Assembly (NCBI RefSeq): GCF_001194135.2
Contig: NC_068983.1
Location: forward strand, 59,861,811-59,915,904
Reading direction: 5' to 3'
Length of the DNA: 54,094 bases
Source of the DNA: Octopus bimaculoides
Taxonomy: Eukaryota
Position numbers and translations under genes: made by a program. The notes under the pieces are model-generated. The model did not search any database, had not been told where the DNA came from, and was given only the letters and a program-made list of their open reading frames with translations. The first letter of the stretch is position 1; every line of letters starts with the position of its first letter. Positions 15,263 to 27,932 of this stretch are shown piece by piece.

Positions 15263-16865
15263 CTAAAGAAAATTGACAAAGTAAATTTGAATAAATAAGT
15301 TGATTAAACTTAAATAAATAAGTTGATTAAATTTGAATGAATGAATTTATTAAGCTTAAAATCTAATTGTGATAATAATAACTGTAAATATTGACAGCCA
15401 TGTAGAAAATAGATAGAAGCACTTGCGTAAGTGTGAAACATTTGTTTTATAAGAAACAGTTTGTACATTTGATGAACCACCAATGATGGAACTGTCATAT
15501 CGTCTCTCATTCTGTTATAAATAGCTGCCAAATCTTCCTCAAATTACACTTTACTATCTGACACCAGGAAGAACACATTAGACTATGTTTTCATTATATT
15601 CAATGTCTATGAAATAAAAGGTACTTGGAATGGTTGGAACCCCTTTTTACCCTATACTGGTTAACCTGAGGTTAAATGATTGCTATTACTACATGTGGAG
15701 ATGGGTATTTCAGATTTAGAAGTACATAAAGGTGAGCACATTTGATAAATAATGATGACCAATTTAGGTACATGACCAGCAATTTTAAAGGGAGGATGTT
15801 AATCGGTATTATTGACCCCAGTAGTTGACTGGTACTTTATTTTATACCCTGCCCCCTTGATGAAAAAAAATGATGCAAGGTAAAGTTGACGTCAACAGGA
15901 TTTGAAGAGAGGCAGAACAAATTCTGTCAAGGATTTTATCCACCGCTCTAATGACTTTGCTAATTTGCTGCCTTTAATGACAGCATTTTTATGAGTAGGG
16001 TCCTTATTTTTTTGTGCCTCGCTTCACCTCTCTATGTGAAATAGTTTCACGGATTTTGTAGTACCACTCTCTGTAAAAGACTTGACATTCTCTCCCCATG
16101 TTTTCTCCCTTGCTCTCTCACCGATTTTAAATCTATGAAATCCATTGCTAAGCACCGACTTTATGATGCCTTAAAGTCTATGGAGACATCATATTCATAT
16201 TTAAATTCAGAAAAGCAGTATACTATAAATTTGCACTGTTCCATCATAAAATATTCTATGCTTGTTTTCTGTTGTGGTATTTATGCCAGCTTTCATGATA
16301 GACATTTAAAAAAAAAAAAACCCACCTTGATGGAATTTAAACTTTAGCAGCAAGGAGGTTCAAACAAATATTACAATTATTAATTAGGTCATAATAAAAC
16401 ACCTTATTTCTATTACAGTATCTATCTTCCATTTCTAATGGTATTTCATGTGTTCATTAAATTTTGTACTTCCTTCCATTTATTATTTTATGTTATTGTA
16501 AATCTGACAGGCCTAAAACATAGTAATTGGAGCGTAAACAGGGAATAATCTTTACTTTCGAAGAAACAGTGTTGATGTGACTTTGCAACCTCAATTTTCA
16601 TAGACTTGTGTTCATTTCTTGAAGTTTTAGCTGTAACATAAAAATCAATATATTTCTCTTTACGACAAAACAACCACACACCCCACCAAACAACAAAAAC
16701 AGAAACTACATTACAGTTTTACTGGTATTAAAAGAAATCTTTATTAAGTCAGAAAGAGAATTTTAAGCTTCTATTTCTCAACAGAAATAAATGTGTATAC
16801 ATCAGTGTATATATACATTCACACACCTATATATGCATGTGTTTGTGTATATATGTGAGTGTGTG

Positions 16866-16913
<48 letters not shown>

Positions 16914-17340
16914 GACACACATACTGGCATGTATGCACACATGAACAAACATTTATAAAGTGACTTCTGTACCGTTTTGAAACATGGCAGCTTATTAATG
17001 TTAATGTACAGAAAGAATAATGGAAAAACTGCCAGATTTCATTACAATCAAATAACATTTTAAACCTAAAATTTGTAAACAGTTTACTTAGATAAAGTTT
17101 AGTATTAAAATGCACGTTTTTGTGCCCCAACAAAATTGAATTGTTCAAAGTAAAACTTTTATTATAAAAATAGTTCGACACTTGCAACCATAAAGTTTTA
17201 TAGTCAACATAGACACAAGCAGAGACTATACAACTATGTGTATGTGTGCATGTATGCATGTGTGTAGGAATGTGACCTAGTACTAACTTGCTATTTAAAG
17301 ATAGTATATTTGGTATCAGCACGTATTTATAGGATATGTA

Positions 17341-17409
<69 letters not shown>

Positions 17410-17569
17410 ACAACTGACAAGTAAATCTGTGGCATTGAGTAGAATATTTGCTATAGCCCATCTTTTATACCAAGACAGAACAATGTACATGATAACATTT
17501 CCAATCAGTGAAGATCAGAAGCCATGAGAGTCAATGCGTCTGACTGTCATTGCATCAGGGTATTTATTA

Positions 17570-17593
17570 TTAACATTATCATCATCATCATCA

Positions 17594-17657
<64 letters not shown>

Positions 17658-17670
17658 CATCATCATCACT
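17570..17670. repeat. (ATC)n/(ATT)n trinucleotide microsatellite
   Basis: Direct reading. Confidence 0.95.
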
Positions 17671-17962
17671 TTTTGTACCTAGTCTACAGTACATCATGCA
17701 CCTGTTCAGGCAATGTTAATTTGATGAAGGGAGTCAGCTAATGTACAGCACATACATTTGATCACTATAAACAAGTCATTTGTACACATAGTCTTCAATA
17801 GGGGCCCAGTTCATAAGTTTATCACATCTTATTTTTAAGCAAGAAGCTGTTAGTTATTCATATACAGTTCATTCCAAAGAAAGTTTTCTATCAAAGAATA
17901 ACAGACAACTATATAATATTTATTTCAATTATATTTGCTTTTAATAAAAAAATATATATAGA

Positions 17963-18605
17963 CAGAGGTGTGACTGTGAGGTAAGAAGCTTGATTCCCAA
18001 CCACATGGTTCCTGATACAGTCCCACTATGTGGCACCTTGGGCAAGTGTCTTCTAATGTAGCCATGGGCCAACAAAAACTTTGTGAGTAGATTTGGTAGA
18101 CAGAAACCGATAGAAGGCAGCAAGCTGGCAGAAACGTTAGCACGCCGGGCGAAATGCTTAGCGGTATTTCATCTGCCTCTACGTTCTGAGTTCAAATTCC
18201 GCCGAGGTCGACTTTGCCTTTCATCCTTTCAGGGTCGATAAATTAAGTACCAGTTATGCACTGGGGGTCGATGTAATCGACTTAATCCCTTGTTTGTCCC
18301 CTCTATGTTTACCCCCTTGTGGGCAGTAAAGAAATAAGAAACTGATAGAAGCCCATCTTATAGATAGCTTTGTGTCTGTGTTTGTCTCCCACCACCACTT
18401 GACCACTAGTGTTGATGTGTTTATGTCCCCATGACTTAGTGGTGCTGATTCATTTGCATTCCCCAACTTAGCAGATTGGCAAAAGAGATCTTCAGAATAA
18501 ATACCAAACTTAAAATAACAACTGGAGTTGATTTGTTTGAAGAGAACCATACAAAGCAATGCTGCAGCATGGCTGCTCTCCAATGACTGAAACAAGTAAA
18601 AGAGT
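17963..18605 (+). mobile_element. tRNA-derived SINE (family X) interrupted by a family Y SINE
   Basis: Head TGTGAGGTAAGAAGCTTG...GGCACCTTGGGCAAGTGTCTTCT and tail TGACTGAAACAAGTAAAAGAGT. Confidence 0.75.
18117..18336 (+). mobile_element. Young SINE family Y with a 15-bp TSD
   Basis: CpG-rich GCTGGCAGAAACGTTAGCACGCCGGGCG...GAGTTCAAATTCCGCCGAGGTCGAC; flanked by AGAAAC(C/T)GATAGAAG at 18102-18116 and 18337-18351. Confidence 0.85.
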
Positions 18606-19961
18606 ATTTTACATCAAAGGAGAAATTAGCTCAGTTGTTCAGTGCTGTATTATCTCTTTCTAGTGAGATTATTTAACACATTTATAGATCACATGACAAT
18701 CACCCAGGATTACAGAAACAAAAAACGAATGTTGATGTTTTCTCTAATATTCATTTATCTATTTGTTTCTACTTACCAGAAATAGCATTTATATTTTTAT
18801 CTCTAGGTTTGCTATTTCCTCTGTTCAATAAAATATACTAATAAAAACAATATAAAAATCTTCCAGTTGTGTCATATTGATTTCTTTATACTTAGCCTTG
18901 CCTCCAAAAACCATGTTCTCTAAACTCGTCTTGCTTCAGTTATCAATAGCCATCACTCCAGCCTGTGCCTCACTAAGTTTAGTATTGTTTCTTTCCATAC
19001 ATAATGTCTAGAATATTTTACCTTGTACCTATTTCAGAAATAGAACTTGAAACAAGACAAGAAAGAAAAGAGGAATCTTCTCAAGTTATTGTTCTTGTTT
19101 GACATCATTTGATCACTTATTGAAAATGAACTTTGTTCTTTATTTCTTTGATTTTCTTTTAATGAGTACCTTGTAAAACAAGCAACTTTAATGTCAGCAG
19201 AAAAATTCAGTACAGTGATGAGCTGAGATTTTTAGGCTGAACACATATACATACATACATATATATACATGTATGTATGTATATATACATACATACATAC
19301 ATACATATACATGTATGTATATGTATATACATATATCTATACATGTATACACACACACACACACAGATGAGCACATAAGTGTAAAATAAGGTGGTAAAAA
19401 TAGTACTCAAATACCAAAAGTAGAGTAATATCCTTTTATTAGAGCTGCAAAATTATCACAAAAACTCTTTTTGTGATAATTTTACAGTTTTAATTAAAGT
19501 ATATATATATATATATATATATAAAAGTATAAACACATCATCATTTTAATGTCTACATTTCCATGTTTACATAGATATAAATGTGGACGCTAAAATGAGG
19601 ATGACATATTTTTTCATCTTTCTTTCCCTCATCCCCTACCCATAATCATTACATCCTCTCTCTTCTACTTTCTCCTCCCCTCTCAGTTATAGAGGCTACA
19701 TTAGGCCCTTAACCTTGCAACTTATGAGACAATCTTCACTAATGCTAGTATCACAAAAAATGCACCCAGTACACTTTGTAAAAGCAGTTATTGTTCTGTA
19801 GAAACCACGTCAAAGTAGACATTGAAGCATAACACATAGTTCCAACTCATCAGATCCTGTCAAACCATCCAACCCATGCCAACATGTAAGACGGATGTTA
19901 AATAATGGTGATGATGATGATATACATTTAGTGTGTGTGTGTATTTATATATATATAATAA

Positions 19962-20292
19962 TATGTATATACAATGTATATTTTCTTTCTTTCTTTTCTT
20001 TCATTAGCTGAAGTGACTGAAAACGTCATACTTTATACAATTTTTTTTTTATTACTGCATATCCTTTCAAGAATTCACCCAATCAGATTGCTTCCTAATT
20101 TTTAGTTAAATAAGATGATTAAATAAACTCTCTGAATAAAAAATTAATTTTATTTAGAAATATTATTTAATCATTATTTTTTTTTCTTCCTTCATTTCTA
20201 TCTTCTTTCTTTCTCTTTGAAATTGTTTGGCTTCAATCACTGTGCTTTAAAAAAAAATTTTTTTTAAATTTGCCTCCTAATTATAACAAAAC
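19962..20292 (+). repeat. ~330-bp direct duplication, copy 1
   Basis: Near-identical to 21255-21583, with a few substitutions and homopolymer length differences. Confidence 0.9.
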
Positions 20293-21258
20293 GGCATAAC
20301 TACAAAGTTCTACTCCCCAGACTTTGGAAGGTCATAACTTTCAGAAAAATGAATATTTTTTTTAATGAAATTTTCTATGCATATTGCATTTATTATGTAG
20401 ATCCCGAATATACAAACATTTCCGGTGAAAGTGTTTTGGAATGGGGGTGGGGGACAATTTTCAGAAATTCCAACAGAGTCCACATAAATTCTTCTTAACT
20501 TCCATGAAAATTAATATTCTTTCGTGAAATTTTCTACAAATATACCTTGATGTATGTACATTTCGAGCATGTAGGAATTTTGAAGGAAACAACTGCAGGT
20601 TATTTTTGAGAAGTGTTCCCCACTCGGTGGTGTTTCGGAGCAAGTCGTCCATGATTGTTTCATTTTTCTCTATTATGTGCGTATGTGCATCCGTAGATTT
20701 GTAATGAAGTAATACGCTGCTTATGTTCTCTTCTATTTCTCTACTAGAAACGTTTACTTTGGAATTTACTTCTATTGAGAAAAAAAATCATGTGCANNNN
20801 NNNNNNTCTAGTAGAGAAATAGAAGAGAACATAAGCAGCGTATTACTTCATTACAAATCTACGGATGCACATACGCACATAATAGAGAAAAATGAAACAA
20901 TCATGGACGACTTGCTCCGAAACTCCATCGAGTGGGGAACGCTTCTCAAAAATAACCTGCAGTTGTTTCCTTCAAAATTCCTACATGCTCGAAATGTACA
21001 TACATCAAGGTATATTTGTAGAAAATTTCACGAAAAAATATTAATTTTCATGGAAGTTAAGAAGAATTTAAGTGGACTCTGTTGGAATTTCCGAAAATTG
21101 TCCCCCACCCCCATTCCAAAACACTTTCACCGGAAATGTTTGTATATTCGGGATCTACATAATAAATGCAATATGCATAGAAAATTTCATTAAAAAATAT
21201 TCATTTTTCTGAAAGTTATGACCTTCCAAAGTCTGGGGAGTAGAACTCTGTAGTTATG
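20293..21258. mobile_element. Foldback / long-TIR DNA element with arms of at least ~450 bp
   Basis: 20293-20748 is the reverse complement of 20807-21258 with few differences; ends GGCATAACTACAAAG and CTGTAGTTATG; 10-N gap at 20797-20806. Confidence 0.75.
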
Positions 21259-21583
21259 TATATACAATGTATATTTTCTTTCTTTCTTTTTTTTCATTAG
21301 CTGAAGTGACTGAAGACGTCATACTTTATACAATTTTTTTTTTATTGCTGCATATCCTTTCAAGAATTCACCCAATCAGATTGCTTCCTAATTTTTAGTT
21401 AAATAAGATGATTAAATAAACTCTCTGAATAAAAAATTAATTTTATTTAGAAATATTATTTAATCATTATTTTTTTTTCTTCCTTCATTTCTATCTTCTT
21501 TCTTTCTCTTTGAAATTGTTTGGCTTCAATCACTGTGCTTTAAAAAATGTTTTTTTTAATTTGCCTCCTAATTATAACAAAAC
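21255..21583 (+). repeat. ~330-bp direct duplication, copy 2
   Basis: Near-identical to 19962-20292. Confidence 0.9.
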
Positions 21584-22249
21584 TACATTTATGTCATATT
21601 ATGTCAATTCTTGTATCATTATTAGAAATTGAATGATTAGAGTTTGGAGCTATAGAACCCTTGTTCAAACTGTACAATGAAAACAAGGAATAACATATCT
21701 TTATCAAAGTACATGCCTTTCTGTACTATTTCCTTCCTGTTATGAATTTACTATGTGACATCAAAAATGGGCACCAAAGTGACAAAATCTATCATTGTTT
21801 ATTCAACAACAATATCTTCCGATAACCAACTTAATCTTGACGACAAACTATACAAATAGATAAGCATTCACCCGAAGCTGGTGTATTAGAGTTTGTCCTA
21901 TGTGTTATAGCATTGTTCTTAGAACATAGAACTAAATCTGTGTTTATTCATTGTTTCCTATTACCATTTTCGATATACATAATATTTCAGAAATCATTGT
22001 TTATTAAACACATTTTCTGAAATGAATTTTTTTTTTTTATTAAAATTTCTATAGGAAATAGAAGACAATAATCATAGATTGAAACAAAAGAATATTTTTA
22101 TCACTTTGCCGAACGTCTTTGCTGGAAAACAAAAGACTAATAAGCAACCTGATGAATATTTTATTAATTTATTTTATTGATAGTTTGCTTTCAAGATGAA
22201 TACAATTTATGAATTGCATTATCTTCTTCAATGAACAATATTATTATTG

Positions 22250-22251
22250 TT

Positions 22252-22316
<65 letters not shown>

Positions 22317-22318
22317 GT
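22250..22318. repeat. (ATT)n microsatellite followed by a family Y SINE head
   Basis: Direct reading; AAGGCAGCAGAATCATTAG follows. Confidence 0.9.
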
Positions 22319-23364
22319 TTATTATTAATATTAAGGCAGCAGAATCATTAGAACATCAAACAAAATGCTTTGCAATAATTGTTCCTGCTCTTCACATTCT
22401 GTGTTCAACTCTCACAGTTGTTAACTTCGCCTTTCAACCTCTTATGGGGAGCTCAATAAAATAAAATAACAGTCAATCTAAGAACTAAAGTCAGTCTTTC
22501 CACAAATTTCATTCCTTCCTACAAATTTCATTCTTTGTACATAGATCAGTGGTATATAGATCCCTTGAAAATTGAAGCCTTGTGCCTAAATTAGAAGCAG
22601 TGGTTATTGTTGCAACACAGTTGAACATTGTGGCCTATGTGATCCCAAAATTGCTGGCCTTGTGCCAAAATCTGAAACCTATCAGTCTCTTTTGCCAAAC
22701 TATTAAGTGACAATAATATAAATACACCAAAAGCAGTTGTCAAACAGCGATGGGGAACAAGCACAGACACAAAAGACACACATTAATATACGTACATGTT
22801 GTTGAATAATTAAGTGATTGTAATCAGCCTTCATCAAGTTTCTCTTATCACAATTCTCAACTAAAGTTTGTTGCTCTGTCCATTTCTTTAAAGCTCTTCA
22901 CTCCCATAAAGGAATTCTTTAAAAAACAAAAATACTCTCATTTCCTTTAATTTCCAAATGTAATCAACAATCTTTTACTTCTTCCAGCACAAAATAAACA
23001 AATATCTGGATATGAAGCAATTGTATTATTTTAAATATAAATATAAACTATTTTCATAAAAGTGTTTAATCAGTTTGATAGCATCAGTTTTATGCCTTTT
23101 TAAAACTTATCTTGAATAAGTTTGGCTTCTGTAATTCTAAATTTTATTAATCACTTTTATTAATTTGAAAGGTAAATTATTTTAGATATGAGAATTTTAA
23201 CTGGTATGAAACAATGAAGCATTGGAGGGTATAAGTTTTAATTAAATATACCAATATCATTAACAGGGAGTAGGGGGAATATTTACTTGAATACTGTTTA
23301 TGAATTTAATCATGATATTTTAATAGATCCTAGTAATACATTAAGGGCACTAAAACTTATGTGC

Positions 23365-23720
23365 CTAGGTTTGTAGTTAACAAGTTTGCTTCCAAACTAC
23401 ATGGTTTCAGGTTCAATCCCACTGCATGGCACCTTGAGCAAGCGTCTTCAACTATAACCCTGGGTCAACGAAAGCTTTGTGAAGAAATTTGTTGTACATG
23501 TGCACGCCTCTGTGTGTGTGTATCTGTGCGTGTGTGTGTTTTTATGTGCAGCCTTGTCTTGACAGTATGTGATTCTCAAAGAAACAAAATCTCACTATCT
23601 CACTGTTCATTTCCAATCCTTCAGGTCGCAGGGAAATATTACCTTGCTTGCAAACAGGTGAGGGTCGGTGTCAAGAAGGGCATTCAGATGTAGAAAATAT
23701 GCTTCAACAAATTCTCTTTT
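23365..23720 (+). mobile_element. SINE with family-X-like head and RTE-type tail
   Basis: GGCACCTTGAGCAAG core and AACAGGTGAGGGTCGGTGTCAAGAAGGGCATTCAG tail. Confidence 0.6.
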
Positions 23721-23929
23721 ACCTATGTAAGCATAAAAAAAAGCAGATGTTAAATAGTAGAAGTGGCAAGGGTGGTGGTTTGCTTGCAATTGGGATGGGG
23801 AAAGGGATGAGATAAAACAATAAAGAAAAAACATGAGCAGCGAATTATTTTATTTGAGTAGTGTTTCATTCACTTATGCTACTAATAATCTTATGCTACT
23901 ATAAATGTGACTTTGTACCTAAGTAAAAA

Positions 23930-24130
23930 ATAATATTGGTTTCAAATTTTGGCACAAGGCCAGCAATTTCGGGGGTGGAGAAGTAAGTGAATTAAATCAA
24001 CCCCAGTGCTCAACCAATACTTATTTTATCAACTTCAAAAGGATGAAAGGGCAAGTTGATGTCAGCGGAATTTGAACTTCAGAGCATGAAGACAAACGAA
24101 ATTCAGCTAAGCATTTTCTCACTGCCTTAA
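23930..24130 (-). mobile_element. SINE family Y
   Basis: TTTCAAATTTTGGCACAAGGCCAGC...GGAATTTGAACTTCAG is the reverse complement of the family Y body and tail. Confidence 0.65.
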
Positions 24131-24621
24131 GTAAGAAATAAATATTATAATATGGTAAACTTTGACAATAATTTTCACATGTTTAAAGTAATAAGTTTTC
24201 ATGTCTGTGGTGATAGAGAATCTCTATCATTTGAAGATGAAGATTCAGTTGTTCAATCAATGAAATTATCTGCTCCTGAATTAATGTAAAGATTCCATTA
24301 AGGCTACACAGAAATGTGTATCCTTAATGGAATTGTCTGACAAAATCAGTGTGAAACAGTGTGTTACAAGGCTGTACTTTTGAATTACAATCCACCTGGA
24401 AGGCTTCTGTACAATTTCTATCTGCCTAATTTCACTCACAAAGTATGGGCCACCTTGAGGCAATAGAAAATGACATTTGCCCAAGATGCTAGGCAATAGG
24501 ACTGAATCCACAACTTCATGGTTCTGAAACAAACTTCTTAACAATTTGGCCAAACTAAACCTACTTTCTATGTATATAAATAGTGCAACAATGTCAAATA
24601 AGTCAATTTTGTGTTGATGTA

Positions 24622-24988
<367 letters not shown>

Positions 24989-26659
24989 NNNNNNNNNNNN
25001 NNNNNNNNNNNNNNNNNNNNNNNNNNNNNNNNNNNNNNNNNNNNNNNNNNNNNNNNNNNNNNNNNNNNNNNNNNNNNNNNNNNNNNNNNNNNNNNNNNNN
25101 NNNNNNNNNNNNNNNNNNNNNNNNNNNNNNNNNNNNNNNNNNNNNNNNNNNNNNNNNNNNNNNNNNNNNNNNNNNNNNNNNNNNNNNNNNNNNNNNNNNN
25201 NNNNNNNNNNNNNNNNNNNNNNNNNNNNNNNNNNNNNNNNNNNNNNNNNTATATATATATATATATATATATGTAATACATGCTATTAGAAAATAAATAG
25301 ATAGACAGACAGACAGATAGATGGTGCAGGGAGGTAAAAGTCTATTTCTGCAACAAACAGTTGATAAATAATAGAAGAATATTTAGCAGTAGATTAGAAA
25401 TCTTACAGGATAATTTTTTTCTTTATTCATTAAAGTTCGTGCTGATAGATTCTAGCAGACTCCAGTTTCAAGATTCATTCTTGTTTTGACTGATTTAGTT
25501 GCTGTGAAAATAACAATGTTGGGCTGTTGCCTTTCAAATTAGGTTTCTGTTATTTTTAATCTGTATTTGTCGAATTCTGTTTACTCTTATCTCTTATCTC
25601 AATTACATTTCGTGTTGTACTATAGAGATACAGATACAGTTATATTCTTGTAAAAGATATAGCAATTAATTCTTAATGAGATTATGGTTTAGAAATACTC
25701 CTGTGACAGTAATGGGGCTATTTGTTTGATTCAATTTAGTTATCTTCATAGAATGTGGTTGCATTTATTAAATTTTAAGGACAGATTCAGACCAAATTTA
25801 CTTTAGTAAATTCTAACACTTTTAAAATTGTATTAATTCCATCTAAAGAAGTTAGCGAGGTGTTATCATCACTCATTTAAAATTATTCTACTGCTATGTG
25901 CAGATATTGCAATTTGGTTAAATGACAAGAAGTGTAGGTACAAAGAAGCAGCTTTCAGATATATTTACCTCAGTTAATACATTACTATTGATGTTGTTCA
26001 TTAACCCTAAATTAATTCTTATTGAGCAGAACTATGATCAGAGGTGTTCATGATCACCCTGTTTCTTTGTACATCTATGACTGCACTGTCCAATGCATCC
26101 CACCTTTTTTAAGATGCTAGGGCTTAATTTGAGATAATTTGGTTGCTACTTCTAGCAGTTTAAGCAACCATATAAAGATTGCTGCAGTTTGTAATTTTTT
26201 GTAGTTTTCGTTATTACCAAATATTAGAACTCTTTACACTCTGAGTTCAAATTCCGCTGATGTCAACTTTGTCTTTCATCCTTTCAAGGTTGATAAAATA
26301 AGTACCAGTTGAACACTGGGGTTGATTTAATTTACTAAGCCTCTGCCCCAAAACACTGGCATTTTGTCAAAATTTGAAACCACTATATATTTCATTATTA
26401 TCCTAACCTGGTATCTCAAATTGCTAGATCCATAGAAACCATTAAAACTATTGAAAATAGTATTCCAACAAAGCCCTAACTTTTAGTTCGGCTAACACAA
26501 ACCAAAGAACTAAAGTTATTTAATATAGGAATCAATAGTTAAAATATAATTTCTAGAAGATATATTGTCAGTTTCTTTTCTCTTTTTTGCTTGCATCAAA
26601 CATTTCATCAGTAGTATTCTTTCATGAAAGGGGTTTAGAAATTCAAGTAAAATTCAAAT

Positions 26660-27000
26660 GGAGTGCTACTATACCTACATTAGCTGTTATGCACACTGAC
26701 TTTCTGAAGAGCCACACAGCTGATTGGTGTTTCATCACCAACAGACACACTCCAGCCTCTGATTATAAGCATACTGTCTCTGCTCTCTTGTCATCTATCG
26801 CTGCTTCATGAAACTAACTAGTCTTGCACCTCTACCATTCAGACCCCTTCGGTCCACTCATCTTTTCTATCTTGGTGCTTCCAATCTCCTTTCCCTACAC
26901 TGGCCACTACACTCAGGGATTTTCCCCCAGGACTCCATCCCTCTGGAATCTTCCCCTTTCTCATGTTTTTCCTGCAAGTGTTGATCTGCAATGGTTTAAA
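26660..27000 (+). mobile_element. Degraded CR1/L2-clade LINE, 3' end of ORF2
   Basis: Translates to GHYTQGFSPRTPSLWNLPLSHVFPASVDLQWFKS, like the FFPRT..LWNSLP..VFP...L..FK C-terminus of CR1/L2-type ORF2. Confidence 0.6.
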
Positions 27001-27001
27001 T

Positions 27002-27246
27002 CAGTGGTTCTCAACCATTTTTTTTTTTACTTGTGAACCCCTTTAGTCACTATTTTACTCTACTGGACCCTTATAGCCATTTGAAGTTTTCAGAAGCTGC
27101 GTTACATTTTTATTATTAAATATTATTGGGAATCGTATAAAAATAATTGTTAAAATATTTTGAGTATTATAGAAATATAACCAATTCATTGTAGATAAAT
27201 TTTAACAACAAAATCTTGTAAGAACCCCAAGGGTTATATGGACCCC
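27002..27246 (+). mobile_element. hAT MITE lacking its right TIR
   Basis: Starts CAGTGGTTCTCAACC; related fragment near 47945-48005; no reverse-complement TIR at the right end. Confidence 0.6.
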
Positions 27247-27482
27247 AATTGATCTGCAATGGTTAACAGCACCATTTCCACCAGTCTTGGGAGGTTTGCA
27301 AGGGTTATGGACTCTGTTCTTACCTTTACACTCAGCAGCTATGAACATAGAATGTGTTTTGTTCAAGGACGTGGTTCTTACTGAAGCTGCTAAATTTTTT
27401 AACCAATAACTGACTCTGTAAACAACCAAACTTAAGTTCCTGCTCAGAAAAAAATGGACTCATCTCCAGTTAGTTGGAATAC

Positions 27483-27590
27483 TATGTATATTGTTTATGT
27501 TAGTTGAACTGATATTCTCATCTTGATTATTACTTTCACTACGTTTTGGTTGTTGTACACTCCAGCTTTCTTGAGGTGTCTTGTGTTAAA
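27483..27590 (-). repeat. Penelope-type terminal repeat with hammerhead-like motif, left arm of an inverted pair
   Basis: The reverse complement aligns with 27823-27932; the motif at 27537-27578 reads CAC-CUCAAGA-A-AGCUG..CAACC-AAAAC-GUA-GUG. Confidence 0.6.
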
Positions 27591-27822
27591 CTCAGTTATT
27601 GTATTGGAATTTCAAACCTAACTCTTTATTTGATCCTTGCAGACACTCTATTCTCAATCTGTTCTCTATGCTTCATGACATTTTTGCTTCAGTTGATTTT
27701 TTTTGTGAATTAATTACCTTAGTGTCTTGCTTGAGATTGAACTCAGAACCTTTAGGTGAGTGCACTGCATTAACCAATGTCATTATCTCCTATGCCTTGC
27801 CTATAGGCAGTGAGAGTGAATT

Positions 27823-27932
27823 TTTAACACAAGACACCTGAAGAAGGCTGGAGCATACAACAGCCAAAACCTAGTAAAAGCAACAACCAAGATGAGGAGG
27901 ACACCAGTCTGACTAATATAAACAGTATACAT
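27823..27932 (+). repeat. Penelope-type terminal repeat with hammerhead-like motif, right arm of an inverted pair
   Basis: The motif at 27835-27876 reads CAC-CUGAAGA-A-GGCUG-loop-CAGCC-AAAAC-CUA-GUA. Confidence 0.6.

Noticed and set aside
20461-21193. Twin ORFs MDDLLRN...WGTLLKNNLQLFPSKF on opposite strands
   Set aside because: They are mirror images produced by the inverted arms; no recognisable domain.
19962-21583. CRISPR-like or LTR-retrotransposon reading of the direct repeats
   Set aside because: No repeat-spacer array, no TG...CA termini, PBS or PPT; the interior is an inverted repeat.
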